64,000 nt of DNA from Podarcis filfolensis (taxonomy: Eukaryota). The DNA lies in assembly GCA_964270895.1 (NCBI GenBank), contig OZ185435.1; one strand, 5' to 3'. Each line of letters begins with the position of its first letter. Positions within the stretch are counted from its first letter, which is position 1. This document shows, in pieces, positions 24,388 through 37,600 of this stretch. The notes under the pieces were generated by a model, which saw nothing but the letters and a program-made list of their open reading frames with translations, was not told where the DNA came from and ran no database searches. The position numbers were made by a program, and so were the translations under genes.

Positions 24388-27300
24388 GGGGGCCAGAAGC
24401 AGGCAGGCACCTGGGAAAAAATACTTTGCCAATCCCTCCCACCACTGAACCCAATGTGTTTTGATTATATGCAGTCTCCAGAAAGTAACCCCTGCATAAA
24501 TTGCAGGATTGCTGTATTAACAAACCAGAAATTGGAAGGTAAACTAAATAAAGTCAACATCAGTTGCCTCTCAGCAACCAAAATACCTTTGTGGATAAAA
24601 TGATTTTTAAGCATCCTTCTAAGAATCAGGAGCAAGTAGGCATACCTTCTTAGACAAGGAGTTTGAAAGATAAGATACCATCGCAGAGACAGTCCCAAAT
24701 CTCTTAGCCCCCAAAAAGGGGGTAGGGAGTGGGAACAAAACGGAACCTTACCTGATGACCACGAAGCAGAAAAGGGGTGCATTTAGGGAGGAGGCATTCC
24801 TTCAAGGACCTGAAACACAGACCACTTAAGGATTTAAAAGTCAAAACCAGGACTTTGAACTGGACCTGGAAACAAATGAATTTGCATCTATTCTAAATAA
24901 TTGCAGGGGTATTTGATCTGCTTGGTTGGCACTAGTTGACAGCCTACCCTCTGCATTTTGGACCAGCTGCAGCTTCCAGACAGTATTGAGGGGCAGCTCT
25001 GTGTAGAATGCATATATTGCAGTGGGTGGTGGTATATAGTTTTGATTCATATATCTGACACACCAAAGGGATAGGAGGAGCAAGGTTAAAGAGAAGAGAA
25101 ACCTGTATGGAACCATAGTTTGATGCCCCTCAGGAATTTGTTCCATGCTCTTTTCTCCCTGCCCCACCACCCCACATTAACACACAGGAAGTGTTCCCAC
25201 AAACTACACTTTACATAATCTTGATATTTTAAATTTCCTCTCATCTATGAACAAAGTAGGTGGTGCTCTGTTCGTTGTATGAAATGGGAACTACTTCCAC
25301 TGTGGATTTTTAAAAGAAGGCCACAAAGTGAGCAAGAGGAACACAATCCACAAAGAACCAGTTATCGACACTTCATCTATTGGAACCTCTTTGGCTGAGC
25401 CTCTGCTTCAGCCTTGGAAGGCTCCCTTGGTGTCTTCTGATAGAAAAGGCAATCAAACTGTGAGGCCAAATTAACCCTCTTCAAAGCAAAGCAAACAGAA
25501 TTGCATAATGTGTCTCTTAAGCAGATGACCCTAAGTCTCTTACCAAATGAATAGCTGCTAAGATTCAGCGGGTGGAGGTTTAAAATTAGGTTAACAATTC
25601 AGGGTAGAATAGCTTTCCTTGTTCAGTTTACTGGATAATGGCTAAAAGCTAACAGACACAATCAGTACTCTGTGAAGAACATTGTATTTTAGCAGTTCTG
25701 GGAATTCCAGTAGGCAGACTGATCCTAGTGGCTTGTGACATAGCTGAGATGCTTCAATCTGAGGCAGGGAATCTTCCAGAAGGATAATTTCTGGCTCATC
25801 AGAATATCTGAGTTGTAGCACTGACAGAGATGTTTGCCAGGATAGTTCCGTTTTTGGCTCCACCAAAATACTCTTAACTGACCGTTGTGGTTACTGTGCG
25901 GCCATTTTGGGACCGACGGCTTATGAAGTGCAGTAGTACTGCACCAGAGTGCGGTCCTGGCCCTCACTGTTTGACTTGGTTATGCGCAAAAAATTACTAC
26001 CACTCATGATATTTAAAAACAGCTGCTGATGTGTTGCTTCAGGTAGTATAAACAGTGCTTCGCTCACTTCTGTTTCAGAACAACCAGTACTATATGAAGC
26101 CTCGAGTAACAGATTTTCAGTTTGGAATCCAGCACTATGCCGGAGAGGTAAGTGCATTTTAGCCTGATAGCTGAGCAGCTGGCTGAGTTTGGGGCCTACA
26201 AGCCAGTGAGCAGTTAGGCCACAGCTGGAGGCTGACAAAAAAGGCCTAAAGTGCAGAATTTTATTTCTGGAATGGGCATGGGATTGAGCAACAGCCTCTT
26301 CCAAGTTTTAAAACTCTTTTAAGTTGCCAATTTGAGGTTTAGGCCTATCAAATATTATTTTGTTCAACCCCCACAGATGATAGACTTGTTTGGGACCAGA
26401 ACACACATTACAGTTGCTGTGGTTTAGAACAGCCTATCAGTCTTGGCCTACCGGAGTTTCAAATCTGGTCTGCGAGGCCATTTCCCCTCAAATCATGCCC
26501 CCAACCATCAGATGATAACACTGCTGAAACCAGCTGATGGGCAGGAGGGCAGGGTTTAATCCTGCATTAACTGCATGCCCTGTTCCCAGGAGGGAACAGG
26601 ATGGCGCAGCCAAGGCAGCAGGAATTAATCCCTGCTCTGGCTACTGGGTTGCTGTTGAAGGGAGGTTGAATTAAACTCTCTTGTTGAGATGCAGTGGGCT
26701 GCAGAATTTATTTATCTTTGACACTTTTATCTACCCTTCTTCCAAGGAGCTCATGGTGGCATGTCTGATTCCACTTCCTTTGCATTATCATAACAACCCT
26801 TTGAGGTAGTCTAGGCTGCAAGGTATTGATTGGTCGAAGATCACCTGGTGAGATTAATGGTCGAGAGGGGATGTTTGGACTTGTCTTCCTAGTTGTTGTC
26901 CAAGACTCTGGTAGCTACTACAGTACATTGTTCCTGTAACATAGCAGAACAGGGCTCTACATATCGCCTCTCGGCTAGTTCCCCCTGCCCTTAATCAATA
27001 ACGGGCTTGAGAGATGCATAAGGTATTTGGCAGTTTGGGGTGTGTGAGTTCAAGAGCTTTTCCTCCTTATTCAATGCATCTGTGTTGTGCATTATCATGA
27101 TGGCACATTTTAATGCTTGTGCTGCAACCTGTCACCTGCAGGTCTTCTATGATGTGAGGGGCTTTCTGGAGAAAAACAGAGACACCTTTAGAGATGATAT
27201 TTTAAACATGCTGAAAGACAGCAGGTAAGCAACTGTATTCGAATGAAGCCCAAACTAGTTGGGAGCTACAGGTGGGCATGGAGCAGAGTTGCAGAGCGTA

Positions 27301-30300
27301 CATAACATCTGAACACTTTGATTTGGGGCAGGGAAGCTGTTTCTTGGACACTCAGTACTGTAGACAGAAGGATGGGGAACTGGTATGGAGTCCTAGCACA
27401 TGCTTTGGACCATTTTGCAAGCCCCCAGAGGCAATTCATGGCTGTTGGAGCTTTAGCTGCCAATCAGCTCTTTGCCACGGGACTTCAGGTACCCAAGCTT
27501 TCCATAAGATCCAGCATAATGTAGCACTTTCCAAGATTGCTCTGGACTACTGTAGTTCATCAAAAGGAAGAATGAGTGCAGCATGCAGTTTCAGAAAGAG
27601 ATAGGCAGCACCAGCCTGTGCGTTTCTGCCTTTGGAATTTGTCAGTACAGCATGATTGCATCTTGCGTGCAGTTAACTTGCGTGATTTCAGCTTTACATG
27701 GTTGAAAGCCAGCCAGTTGAAATCTCACAAGCTAATTGCACATAAGGCAGAGAGCTCAAAAGCTCCTTTTGTGATGGGTTTTTCTGGCATGGAAAGAGCT
27801 TTTAAGTTCTCAGAATTGCTTACCGGACTCTGGGATGTTCTTTCACTTGGGCAGCCCTGCAAGATCTTGCGAGAGCATCCCAGTCTGAGAACTTAAAAGC
27901 TCTCTGCCTTGCTTGGAATGTAAAGATGGACATGTGGGCCCAGTTCCAAGGTGGTGATCTGGGTATATGTGATTTTGCGTATATGCAGCACCCCCAGAAC
28001 ATAACCCCCATGCAAGATGTGATCAAATACATGTTTTCTCTGCCTTATGCTCCTCTTTGTCTGCAGGCTGGATTTCATCTATGATCTCTTTGAAAGAGTT
28101 GCTGGCTGCAGCAGTGAAGACACACTGAAGATGGGAACTCAGAGGCGCAGGCCGACTGTCAGCTCACAGTTCAGGGTAGGAGCAGCAGGCCCAATGAAAG
28201 GGCAGGCAGACATTCAGACATAACAGCAGAAGCCCCAATAGGGTTTTTCTTGCCTGGGATGAGCTCAGCTTCCACACTGAATTGTGCTACGAACAGGACA
28301 GACATGCATGCCACCACTGAAGTTTTGTTTAGACCTTAGGCTTGCTACTCTCTATGCTTCACACAGACTCTCTGCCTTTTCTTTAATTTTTAAAATGCCC
28401 TGTGTACATTTATTCATCAAAACATGCATTTCCCCCCAGTCTCTTTTTCTTTTTCAAAAAATCATTAGTTGGGGTTTTTTTAAGGTTATAAGACAGCTCC
28501 AGGGATTGCAGGGAGCATTAACCAGTCAGTGCTGTGCATTGCCACCAGCCACTGTAAACTAGCAAAACTGCGTTCCACTAAGCCCAACCTGGTCAGAAAG
28601 TTGCGTGTGTGATGAGAATGTGGTGATTGTTTGCCTTCACCACAGATTCTGTGCGCATGTACACAACCTTTAAGAAATGTTGGGCCACACGAAATCCACT
28701 GTTCAGAGGTTCCTGTTTCCCCATCCTATCCACAAAGTTTTTGTATGACTGGCTGGTGGTGGGGTGGGGGCAAGAGAGAGGTCAGAATCTTAATTTTCCA
28801 AAAAAGTGACTCCTTTTCAGTGTTCTTTTCTTCTTCTTTTTAGGACTCCCTACACTCTTTGATGGCCACGCTCAGCACTTGCAACCCTCTATTCATTCGC
28901 TGCATTAAGCCCAACCAGGAAAAGGTGACTTTCTAGAGCTGCAACAGACAGTTGGGCAAGGCAGGTGGAGAGCCACCAGACCTTAAATCATATCTAGACT
29001 AGACTCGAAAGTGGTGTCGGTGTTTGGGGGACTTTCTACCCTTTTCTTCAAAAGATGGTGAGCTTATAACCCACCAAAGCTGCAGGCAGAAAAAAATAGG
29101 GCCTATTGTGGTAATAGGGGAATGTTTTGTGACTCTGGTCTGGCCACTTACAGGGTCCTCTCCTCTTTTGACCAGAGCTAGCACAGAAAGGAGTGGAACA
29201 AAGCATGCTTATGTCTGAGCCAGGACTGGATCTCTTTCAGTGGATTCTTAATGCAAGGGGTGGTGCTGTCTGTGCCATATAAGTCCATGGAGTGCCTTTC
29301 CTCTTAACACAGGGTTAGGGAGCTTGTGGTACTCCCTATGTTGTTTGCCTACATCTTCCATCCAACATGATTAATGCTCAGGAGTGAAGTGTGTTGTAGT
29401 CCAGCAACATTAGGAAGGCCACAGGTACCCTATCCCTTCCCTAACACATTTGAAGATGCATCCTGCATAGCAACAATTCTCTCAATCCTAGAGAATTTTT
29501 TTCCTGTATGTGTGTGTATTCCCAAGTGTCCTCACACTCATGTAAGTGGGGCTCGTTATACGAGATTCTGAGGTTGCCCTTCACAATGCTCAGGCCAATA
29601 TAATACTTTTTATACAAGGAAATCATTTCTTTCTTGTCTCCTATCCTTGGCTTGTCTGCACTCCTTGCTTTGCATAGTCTCCAAATCTCTTCAATCCAGA
29701 GGTGGTGCTGAAACAACTGCGATACTCAGGCATGCTGGAGACAGTGAAGGTCCGAAGAGCTGGCTTTCCTGTACGGTGGATCTTTCAAGATTTCCTCCTC
29801 AGGTAAAAGTGGCAGTGTAAGCAAGAAGGTGAAATTTTGCTGTCAAATTTGGCCTTCAGTGCTTTGGGACTTTGTGGAGGGGTGTATGTGTGAAATAAAT
29901 GACTCAGTGTGGATGTTTTGCTTGTGTATAAGAGGAAAGCTAGGAGACCTGCTTTTGAGCAAAAAGCGCAAGGTGAGTCTGGGCAGGTTGTCTCTTTGTC
30001 TCCTATAAAATTTGACAATGATTGCAGGCTACTGCTTTTGTTTTTGTTGTCTGAACAAATAGACTTGCACGTCCATAACCATTTGAGATGGCTGGTTGGA
30101 AGGGAAAGGACAAAAAATAAACATTTCCCAAGCGAAGTATATTTCATTTGTTAAGCTGCAGTTCAGGACCTGGGTTAAACTACATTTTCTAAGTTTTAAT
30201 GTTTGGGGCATTTGATTACTCTTAAGAGTTATTGCACTTCTGTAGTTGGATGCCAGTTGCTTGTGCTTTCAGACTGACTGGGAAAGACAGTGAAGGGCAG

Positions 30301-33300
30301 TCAGTTACCAGCTGTTAAGAGCTTATAACCTGTCAGTACTCAGAAGCAAAAGGAGAGCGCGGAATAGCCCCTCACAGGGGCAGGAAGCTTTGCTGAGGGA
30401 AAGAAATTGCTTTGTACCTTAACTCCTGGTCAAGAGCATTCATTTGGTTCTCTCAGGTACAAGATGCTCTTGAAGAACTGGGGCAATCCTGACGGTGCAA
30501 AAGCCACTTGCGCCTCCTTTCTGCAGACATATGACAGCACCCAGAGAGAATGGAAGCTGGGGAAAACCAAGGTATGCCCTTTGTGTGCAAAAGAACATGT
30601 GGAGCAATGCTCTGTGCTAAGGAATCTTTCCAGAGGTAGCCTGGGTACAAGACTGATGTGGCTTCTAGGAGTTTCTGTGCCCACCTCTGCATAGATCATT
30701 GGCCTCTGCTGCACTATGACTAGACTTACTGAAACACACCCACCCCATCCTACTCCCAGCAACTCCATTCAGAAGTATAGTACACCCCTCGTTGCTAAGC
30801 CACAGGCCGTGTCTTCTCAGGAGGTTCCTGTGTCACTGCTTAGGCATTTTGACACTGAAAAGAGAACCCAAGAAAATGTCTCAGAAGATGCTGTGAAAAT
30901 GTTACCTGGTTTTTGGGGGGGAGGAGGGAATCTGTGTTGATACGCCGCTCCTTTATTCTTGCATACTGTATCTTCCTACTATCTCTGCAGCCCTCTCCTC
31001 CCACCCCATCCTGCAGTGCAAATGAGGAAGGGACTCACGGGTTAGATGTAGACACAGTTGAACTGAGTGGGGTCAGGTGTGCATCAAACACTCCACCCCC
31101 CAAAGGTCCATGCTGATTTGTTCTCCCAAGATTGGAAGAAGAGTTTGGGGTGCATGCTGTGTGCCATTGGGAATGATGTAATCCCCAGTGAGGGCTGCGC
31201 TATAAAATCTCGGTGGAAGCTTGCATGCTTTGCATTTAAAAGGTCCCAGCTCCGCAGAATTGGAAGGGATCTGAATGCCCAGTTTAATATATGGCACCTG
31301 CAGTTAAAAGAATCTACAGATAAATAAATTGGGGAAATACCCTTCCTTGAGACCTTGAGGAGCTGGTGCCACAGCACAGAGCTGGAGTGGATGTTTCTAG
31401 GATCTGGTTCGCTACAAAGCGGCTCCTTGTGTGTGCTGGCCTCATGCCAGCGTTTCTTAAGCAACAAGGCAGATATTAGTGTTGCAATCATCTGGGGTAC
31501 AGATGGGCGCGGGGCAGCTTCTGATGCATAACTAGCTTGCAAATATGTGCTTATGCAAACCCAGCTGAATGAAACAGAAGCAGCTTGGGGGTTTGTTTTT
31601 GTTTTGTTCGTAAAAGAAAAAGGACCCACGATTCCTCCACCCCGGCCCCTTTCCAAATGTCCAAATCAACAGACTGTAATTATAGGCCTGATGTAATTTC
31701 ATTGCTAGGCACGCAGCCAAAAAGGAACTTTGACAATGAGCATGTCTGTATGTATCTATAGCAATGTGTAGAAGATAATGGATATTAACATCACTATAGT
31801 GCATATCAAATAGGTAAAATCTGTTTCACTGATAAGAAATTTGGGTGCTACATTTGGGGTGATTGTAATTCTGCATACTGAGCAAACGTGGAATTTGGCA
31901 TTGGGCGTGTCACGTTTAGAATCTAGTCCAGAAATTCAAATCTGTTACTTATTTATTTCAAAGCAAATTTTCTAACTCTTAAGGCTGGACAGATAGGCTT
32001 TAAAGCAAATGAGTGGTGGTTGGTGAATTCCCATGTTTGTTGCCATCTGCCACAATAAATTGGGATTGAATGGAAACAAATACATGCTCTTTGCAAATTC
32101 ACAGTTGTGGTGCTTCTCTGTATGCTTTTCTGCTTCTATAATGCAGGAGAACAAGAACAGTGTCTATGTAGATTTGGAGAAGGGACCTATTAAATTTATT
32201 TTATTTAGAAAATATATAGACCTCTTAATCAAGAAAACCAAAAACTACCCAAGTGATGTACAAATAAAATTGAAGGTTAATCACAGCAGAAATCCACAAA
32301 AACAAAAATATGTAAAAACATAAATGAAAACAAATACATATACGTATAAAAAAGTATGTAAAACCATAATAATTAGAAATAAAGATAAAACCAATAAAGC
32401 TTTTAAAACAGTAAAGTTTTTAAAACAGATGACTATACAGGTGACTAAGTTACATATCTGGGTAGGCTTCCTGAAATAAAAAAAGTTTCCAGCAAGCATC
32501 TAAAGCAATACAGTGAGAGGGCACCCTGCCATTAAGGTGTAGCCACCAACATTGCTGTCTCTTCTTCACCCAAGGGGTCTGCACCAGATTTGCTTTGTTT
32601 CTTTGTTAGGAATAAATTAGATGTTCTGAGTTAATAAGGCCGCTAGGGAGCACAGTTGCTTGGGACAGCAATTCAAGAAGTAGTCCGGCAGGTCACAAAT
32701 GTGCCTTCCTTAAAAGACATGTGGGGGGGATATGGGGAGCCATAGACTCTTACTATTAGGCAAGGGCAACCAGTCGCAATTGCCAGCTGCATTTAGAGCC
32801 CCTGCATTTAGAGCATGCCAAATTCAAGGATGAAGTAACTGGGCCCAGCCAGGACGTTTTAGGCTGCAGTGTGATTCTTTTCTGCAGCTTATCTTTCATT
32901 TCCCAGCGACGCGATGTACAGTCTATGCATTATATTTATGTTCTGCAGCTTGTGCTGCCTTAAACGAAACTGGGGAGGGAGGAAAGCTCAGGCATCAGTC
33001 CTTGAGCAAGGGAGACCAAAGGCGGCTTGCCACTAGCAAGAGAGGAGAAAGGAAACTGCTGTCTCTCTGCATACCAAGCACTTGGAGTTAATAAATCAAC
33101 CTTGGAGCCATTAAAGAGAACAGGCTCCAAGTGACTGGTGCGGCAGACAACTGACCTTTGACCCCACCAAGAACAATAGAACTTTCCCTCTCTCGCTTAC
33201 TCTCAGAGTTGCTGGTCCATCTGAGAAGGGACCGGCTGCCTCGCTGCCCTTTGCTTGCTGTTCAGGGAAGCAGGGCCACTTGGGGCAGGGCTCGAGCTCT

Positions 33301-34576
33301 TTGAAGTCTTCGCTTCTCAGGATGAGCAAGGAAGAGGGGCAACAGGGTGGGTTGAAGAGGCTCTGCCGCCTACCAGATGGGATTGATTTCAGAGGCAGGA
33401 GGATGGCCAACTTTATGAAAGAGATTGGAGGAGCAAGGAAAGAGAGTCACATCCCTGATAAGTGGCAAAGCAGATGAGAATTGTTGGGGCACACAGACCC
33501 CTTTTAAAAATTACTGTGAGCCACAAGGTGGAAATGACAAGGAAGGAGAGAAACCGTTGGAAGTAGGAGGTGGGTCAAATTTAAGTTCCAAAATTGGTTT
33601 TCTGGCATCCAAATAAAATGGTGGTTTTCTGGCATCCAAATGGTGGTTACCTTGGTTATTAAGGTGGTAGTTTGGGGCCATTTGGGTAGCAATAGGGGGA
33701 TGCCTGGCATTTACAGAGATCAGTATGTTCAGTGTCAGCGGTGCTCTGTCAAATGTTCAAAAGCCCTCTAGAAACTGGCCAAAGCTTAATACAACATTGT
33801 TAGCCAGCATCACTGGGTGCGACGGATGGTGCATTGTTAAAATGCTGCTACAATGGCCAAGGAAACCCTAGGATCTGCTCCAATGTGGAGACCCAGCCTG
33901 GATTAAAGCTGAGACAGAGGATGGAGCCCTATTTATATGTAAGGATTACAATAACGACTCTCTGGTACTGTCATTGCATTGCAGATGGAGAAGTCAGTTG
34001 CCGGGTTTGAGTAGTGGGCGCATTCTGTGGAAGGGCAGGAGCAACATCTGCACAGGGTTCTCTATTGGGGGTTTCATTGCATATAAGCTTGCAGAAGCTA
34101 AACTTGGGGGTTCAGTGAAGAGGTACAGTTCATGGAGGAGAGGGCTACTAGCCATAATGGCAAGTACCCAGTCAAGGTAAGGCAATGCAAGATTCGGAGT
34201 CATACAAAAAAGTTCTTAGAACCATTCCACACATTGCATGGCAGTGAGCTAAGATTTGTCACCAAGTGTAAAGGCAACATGTTGCTGCGGACTATCCTGG
34301 CTCCCTAAGAAGTGTGCATGTATACACGTGTCCAAATGCATGTTTCCATCATTCTTTCATTTTTAGGTACATACCTTTAAAAAAATAAATGTTGAAGTGG
34401 TAGGAGGAATCTATACTTTTGTAGGAGCACCACAGAGGTGTTAAAGAATGATAAATTTTCTAGCCTTCACCTAGAATGCCGTAATATGATATTCTTGCAC
34501 CAAGGATAGAGCTGCCTTATTTCAGGGGCCTTGCCTCTGTTCTTTTAACAGTGGCCTCACCAACAAATTAAGCTTG

Positions 34577-34628
<52 letters not shown>

Positions 34629-37600
34629 TTATTTATACCCTGCCCATCTGGCTGGGTTTCCCCAGCCACTCTTGGTGGCTTCCAATGGAATATTAAAAAC
34701 ACAATAAAACATCAAACATTAAGAACTTCCCTAATCAGGGCTGCCTTCAGATGTCTTCTGAAAGTCAGCTTTTCCTGGCTAAGTGGTGTCTCAGTCTGCT
34801 GTTACATGCACAGGAGCAGAGTGAGCAAAAATGTTGGCAATCCTAGCCCTAGGCAGAACAGACTTTCCAGTTCTGATCACTTAAGACTCTTGCTCTATAG
34901 TGGTGCAGCATCTGTAGCTATTGCTGGCAATTAGGAGCGTGGGAAGTTGTGTTTCTATTGAGTCAAGCACCTTAGTCCACCTAGCTTAGTACTGTTCACA
35001 CTGACTTACAGTGACTCCTCCAGTGTTTTCCAGCCCTGTCTGGAGATGCCAGGGACCGGATCTGGAACCTTCTTGCATGCAAAGCATACGCCCCACCACA
35101 GAGCCACAGCTCTCCTTTTCCTTTGCTGCCTAGAAAACAAATAGGTCTTAAAAGAGTCATGAGTTTGCCTTGTGAGCCCAGTCCCTTTGTGCCTGTCAAG
35201 AGGCCCTGCCTCTGCATTGAAGCATAGGGCCCCTCTTTGTCTCTGGAGGTGAGGCCGAGGTTGAGGGTTAGCGACATCTCCCTGCCCAGTGAGCCTCTTT
35301 GGCCTGTTCTGCTCCTCCAGGGTGTTGCTGAGGGCTTTATGAGCAACCTGGACAGGCGAGGCTTGAGGAGTCCCTGCATGGTCTTGCACATGTGCTGGGC
35401 AGGATGGGGGAAGGAGTGGGAAGTGCTTCCTGTGCAGTATATTTCAAGGGGGGGATTTCTATACTGAGCAATTGTTTGGTGGAGGAAGGAAAAGGGCTAG
35501 TATAAGGAATTGTAGAGCACAGGAAAGGAAGGGGAAAGCAGGATGGTCTTTGTGTTTCTCATTAGGGACAGAGGGGAGCAGCTGCTGATTGTCCACTGTG
35601 GCAGTCTGGACTTTGTTTGGATTCTTGTAGCACAAGTTTGGGCAGGGGACAACTAGGCAGAGAGGCACTGTGCTGAACTTTTCCCTTGCCAGCTTTGCCC
35701 TTCACACCGGTTTCTGCAAGCCTCCAGCTTCCTGCTTCAAGCTAGGGAATTCTGAAAGGCATCTGTGATTTCTTCATTTCTTCTATTTGATTTCTGCAAA
35801 TGCTGCTCTACCAATTTTGAGCAAGGCCATGTGTCCAACACTTGGGGCTTTATAAGTGTGCATGTCTGCACAGGTTGCGTCCAAATGGTCTCCCCTGCCC
35901 CCCCCCCTTGCGGGCTGCTCATTCACATCCCCTAAGCCACACAGCACCCACATGCTGATGATCCCCTTGCCCTCCATATAGCTTTCTCTGCAAATATTCA
36001 TGTGATCAAGAGCTTTTTGTACTCCTGCTTTAGAACTTCAGTGCAGAAAGGAGACTTTAATGCATTGGCAGCCTAAGCCTTTGGTTGCATTGCCTTCACC
36101 TCAGACAAATGTGGGAGGCTAGCCATAAATGCAGGTGATGAAAACAGATTTTCTTGGGGATGTTAATGCAATCTTCAACCACTCGAATTCTCCAGAAGAA
36201 TGCTGCATTCAAAATACCAAAGGCATTTGCTATCCCAAATATCTGTGCCACATAATCCAGGGATTGTGCCCCAGAGTCTTTGCAGCATTACAATGCATTC
36301 TCGGAGTCACCTTTTGGATTGTGTGTCACTTTATTGGAGTACCAATGTTTTTGGTTCACCGACAGCCACACAGGTGGACCAGGCCTGACCTTCCATCCTT
36401 CTGGAACCTCCCAGACAGGAATGAGTAACAGACCAGGCCCATGGATGTTTTCCAGACCCCACTGTTGGAATTCCAAGACCTCATCATGGGGCCGCTGAAA
36501 TATCTAATGGGATTGATGCAGTTTCCCTGACCCGTGTGCGGTCATGCATCACCCACCAGAGCCACAAGTGTAGCCTGTTCTGAAAGCAGGCTTCATGCCT
36601 CCTGGTTTCAGGAATAGCACCCAGGTGCGTCTTTTAATAAAAAGCAAATGCAGAATGACCACTTGTTCTTGTGTGCATTCAGGGTGAGCCACACCTCTTG
36701 GGAAGGTTTGATTGCAGAGAAGGCAATGAAAGTGAGAAGGAATCTTCCAGCCAGCAAGACAGCTTGGAGACAGGCTGGCACTGAGGCAGTGATGCAAAGA
36801 AGCAGCCAGGGGGAAAATATGTGTGGATTATCTGCAGTGCAGGAAATGATATTTGGAAAGATTCTTCCTCTCCCTCCCCACCCCCTCCGTGCCTCCTCCC
36901 CAGCTTCTTTTCTTGGAATGGGTATCTTGTCATAGTTTCTTCTTCATTTTTCTTCTGCATTTTGCATGCAGCGCCTGGAATGTTGACACACATACCCAGA
37001 GCCTCATTAGCAGGACTCGAGCAGCAGTTCCACATAGCCTTAAAAGATGTCACTGAGCCAAAGAAAGGGTTAATAGTTAAAAGCAGTGCAGCCTCCTCCC
37101 CCCTTTTTCTCTCCCCCTTAATCCTTGAGCCTGCAGTGTGGAAGAGAGAGAGAGAGAGTGTGCGGGGGCTGGGCTGAGTTTGGCTCCTCTCCCTGCACAA
37201 CTTTCTCCCTTGTCCATCAGCGACAGCACCCAAAGGGGAAGGGCTGGCAGAGCAGGGACTGGCTCTGGCGCAGGAGCATAAAAGGAGCCCTGTGTGCCTT
37301 GTTACGGCAGGCAGGCAGGCATGGGACCTGCTGGTGCTGCCTGGGACTTGCTGTTTCCTCTCTTTGTGTTTGATGAAACTCCTCCCCGGGGTACCAGGTT
37401 TTCCTGAAGGAGGCTCTGGAGCAAAAACTGGAGAAGGCCCGGGAAGAGGAGCTGAGGAAGGCGGCAACCATCATCCGAGCCCACGTCCTGGGCTACATGG
37501 CAAGGTCAGTGCTTGAATCGCCTTCTTTGCCCAGCTGCTGGAATGTTCCTTGCTGCCAGGTCTCTCTCCTTTCCAGCTTGCTGCTTCTGGCTGGGCTTCC

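Noticed and set aside
22393-24603. ORFs with poly-Ile, poly-Leu or poly-Met runs
   Set aside because: Translations of (TAT/AAT/TGA)n microsatellites.
33321-34176. In-frame path exon 21 > 33321-33346 > 33985-34176 > exon 23 replacing exon 22
   Set aside because: Phase-compatible, but it would delete the converter end and IQ1 and insert unrelated sequence; probably coincidence.
36679-37467. 262-aa minus-strand ORF
   Set aside because: It partly mirrors exon 22, crosses (AG)n repeats and has no recognisable domain; likely incidental.
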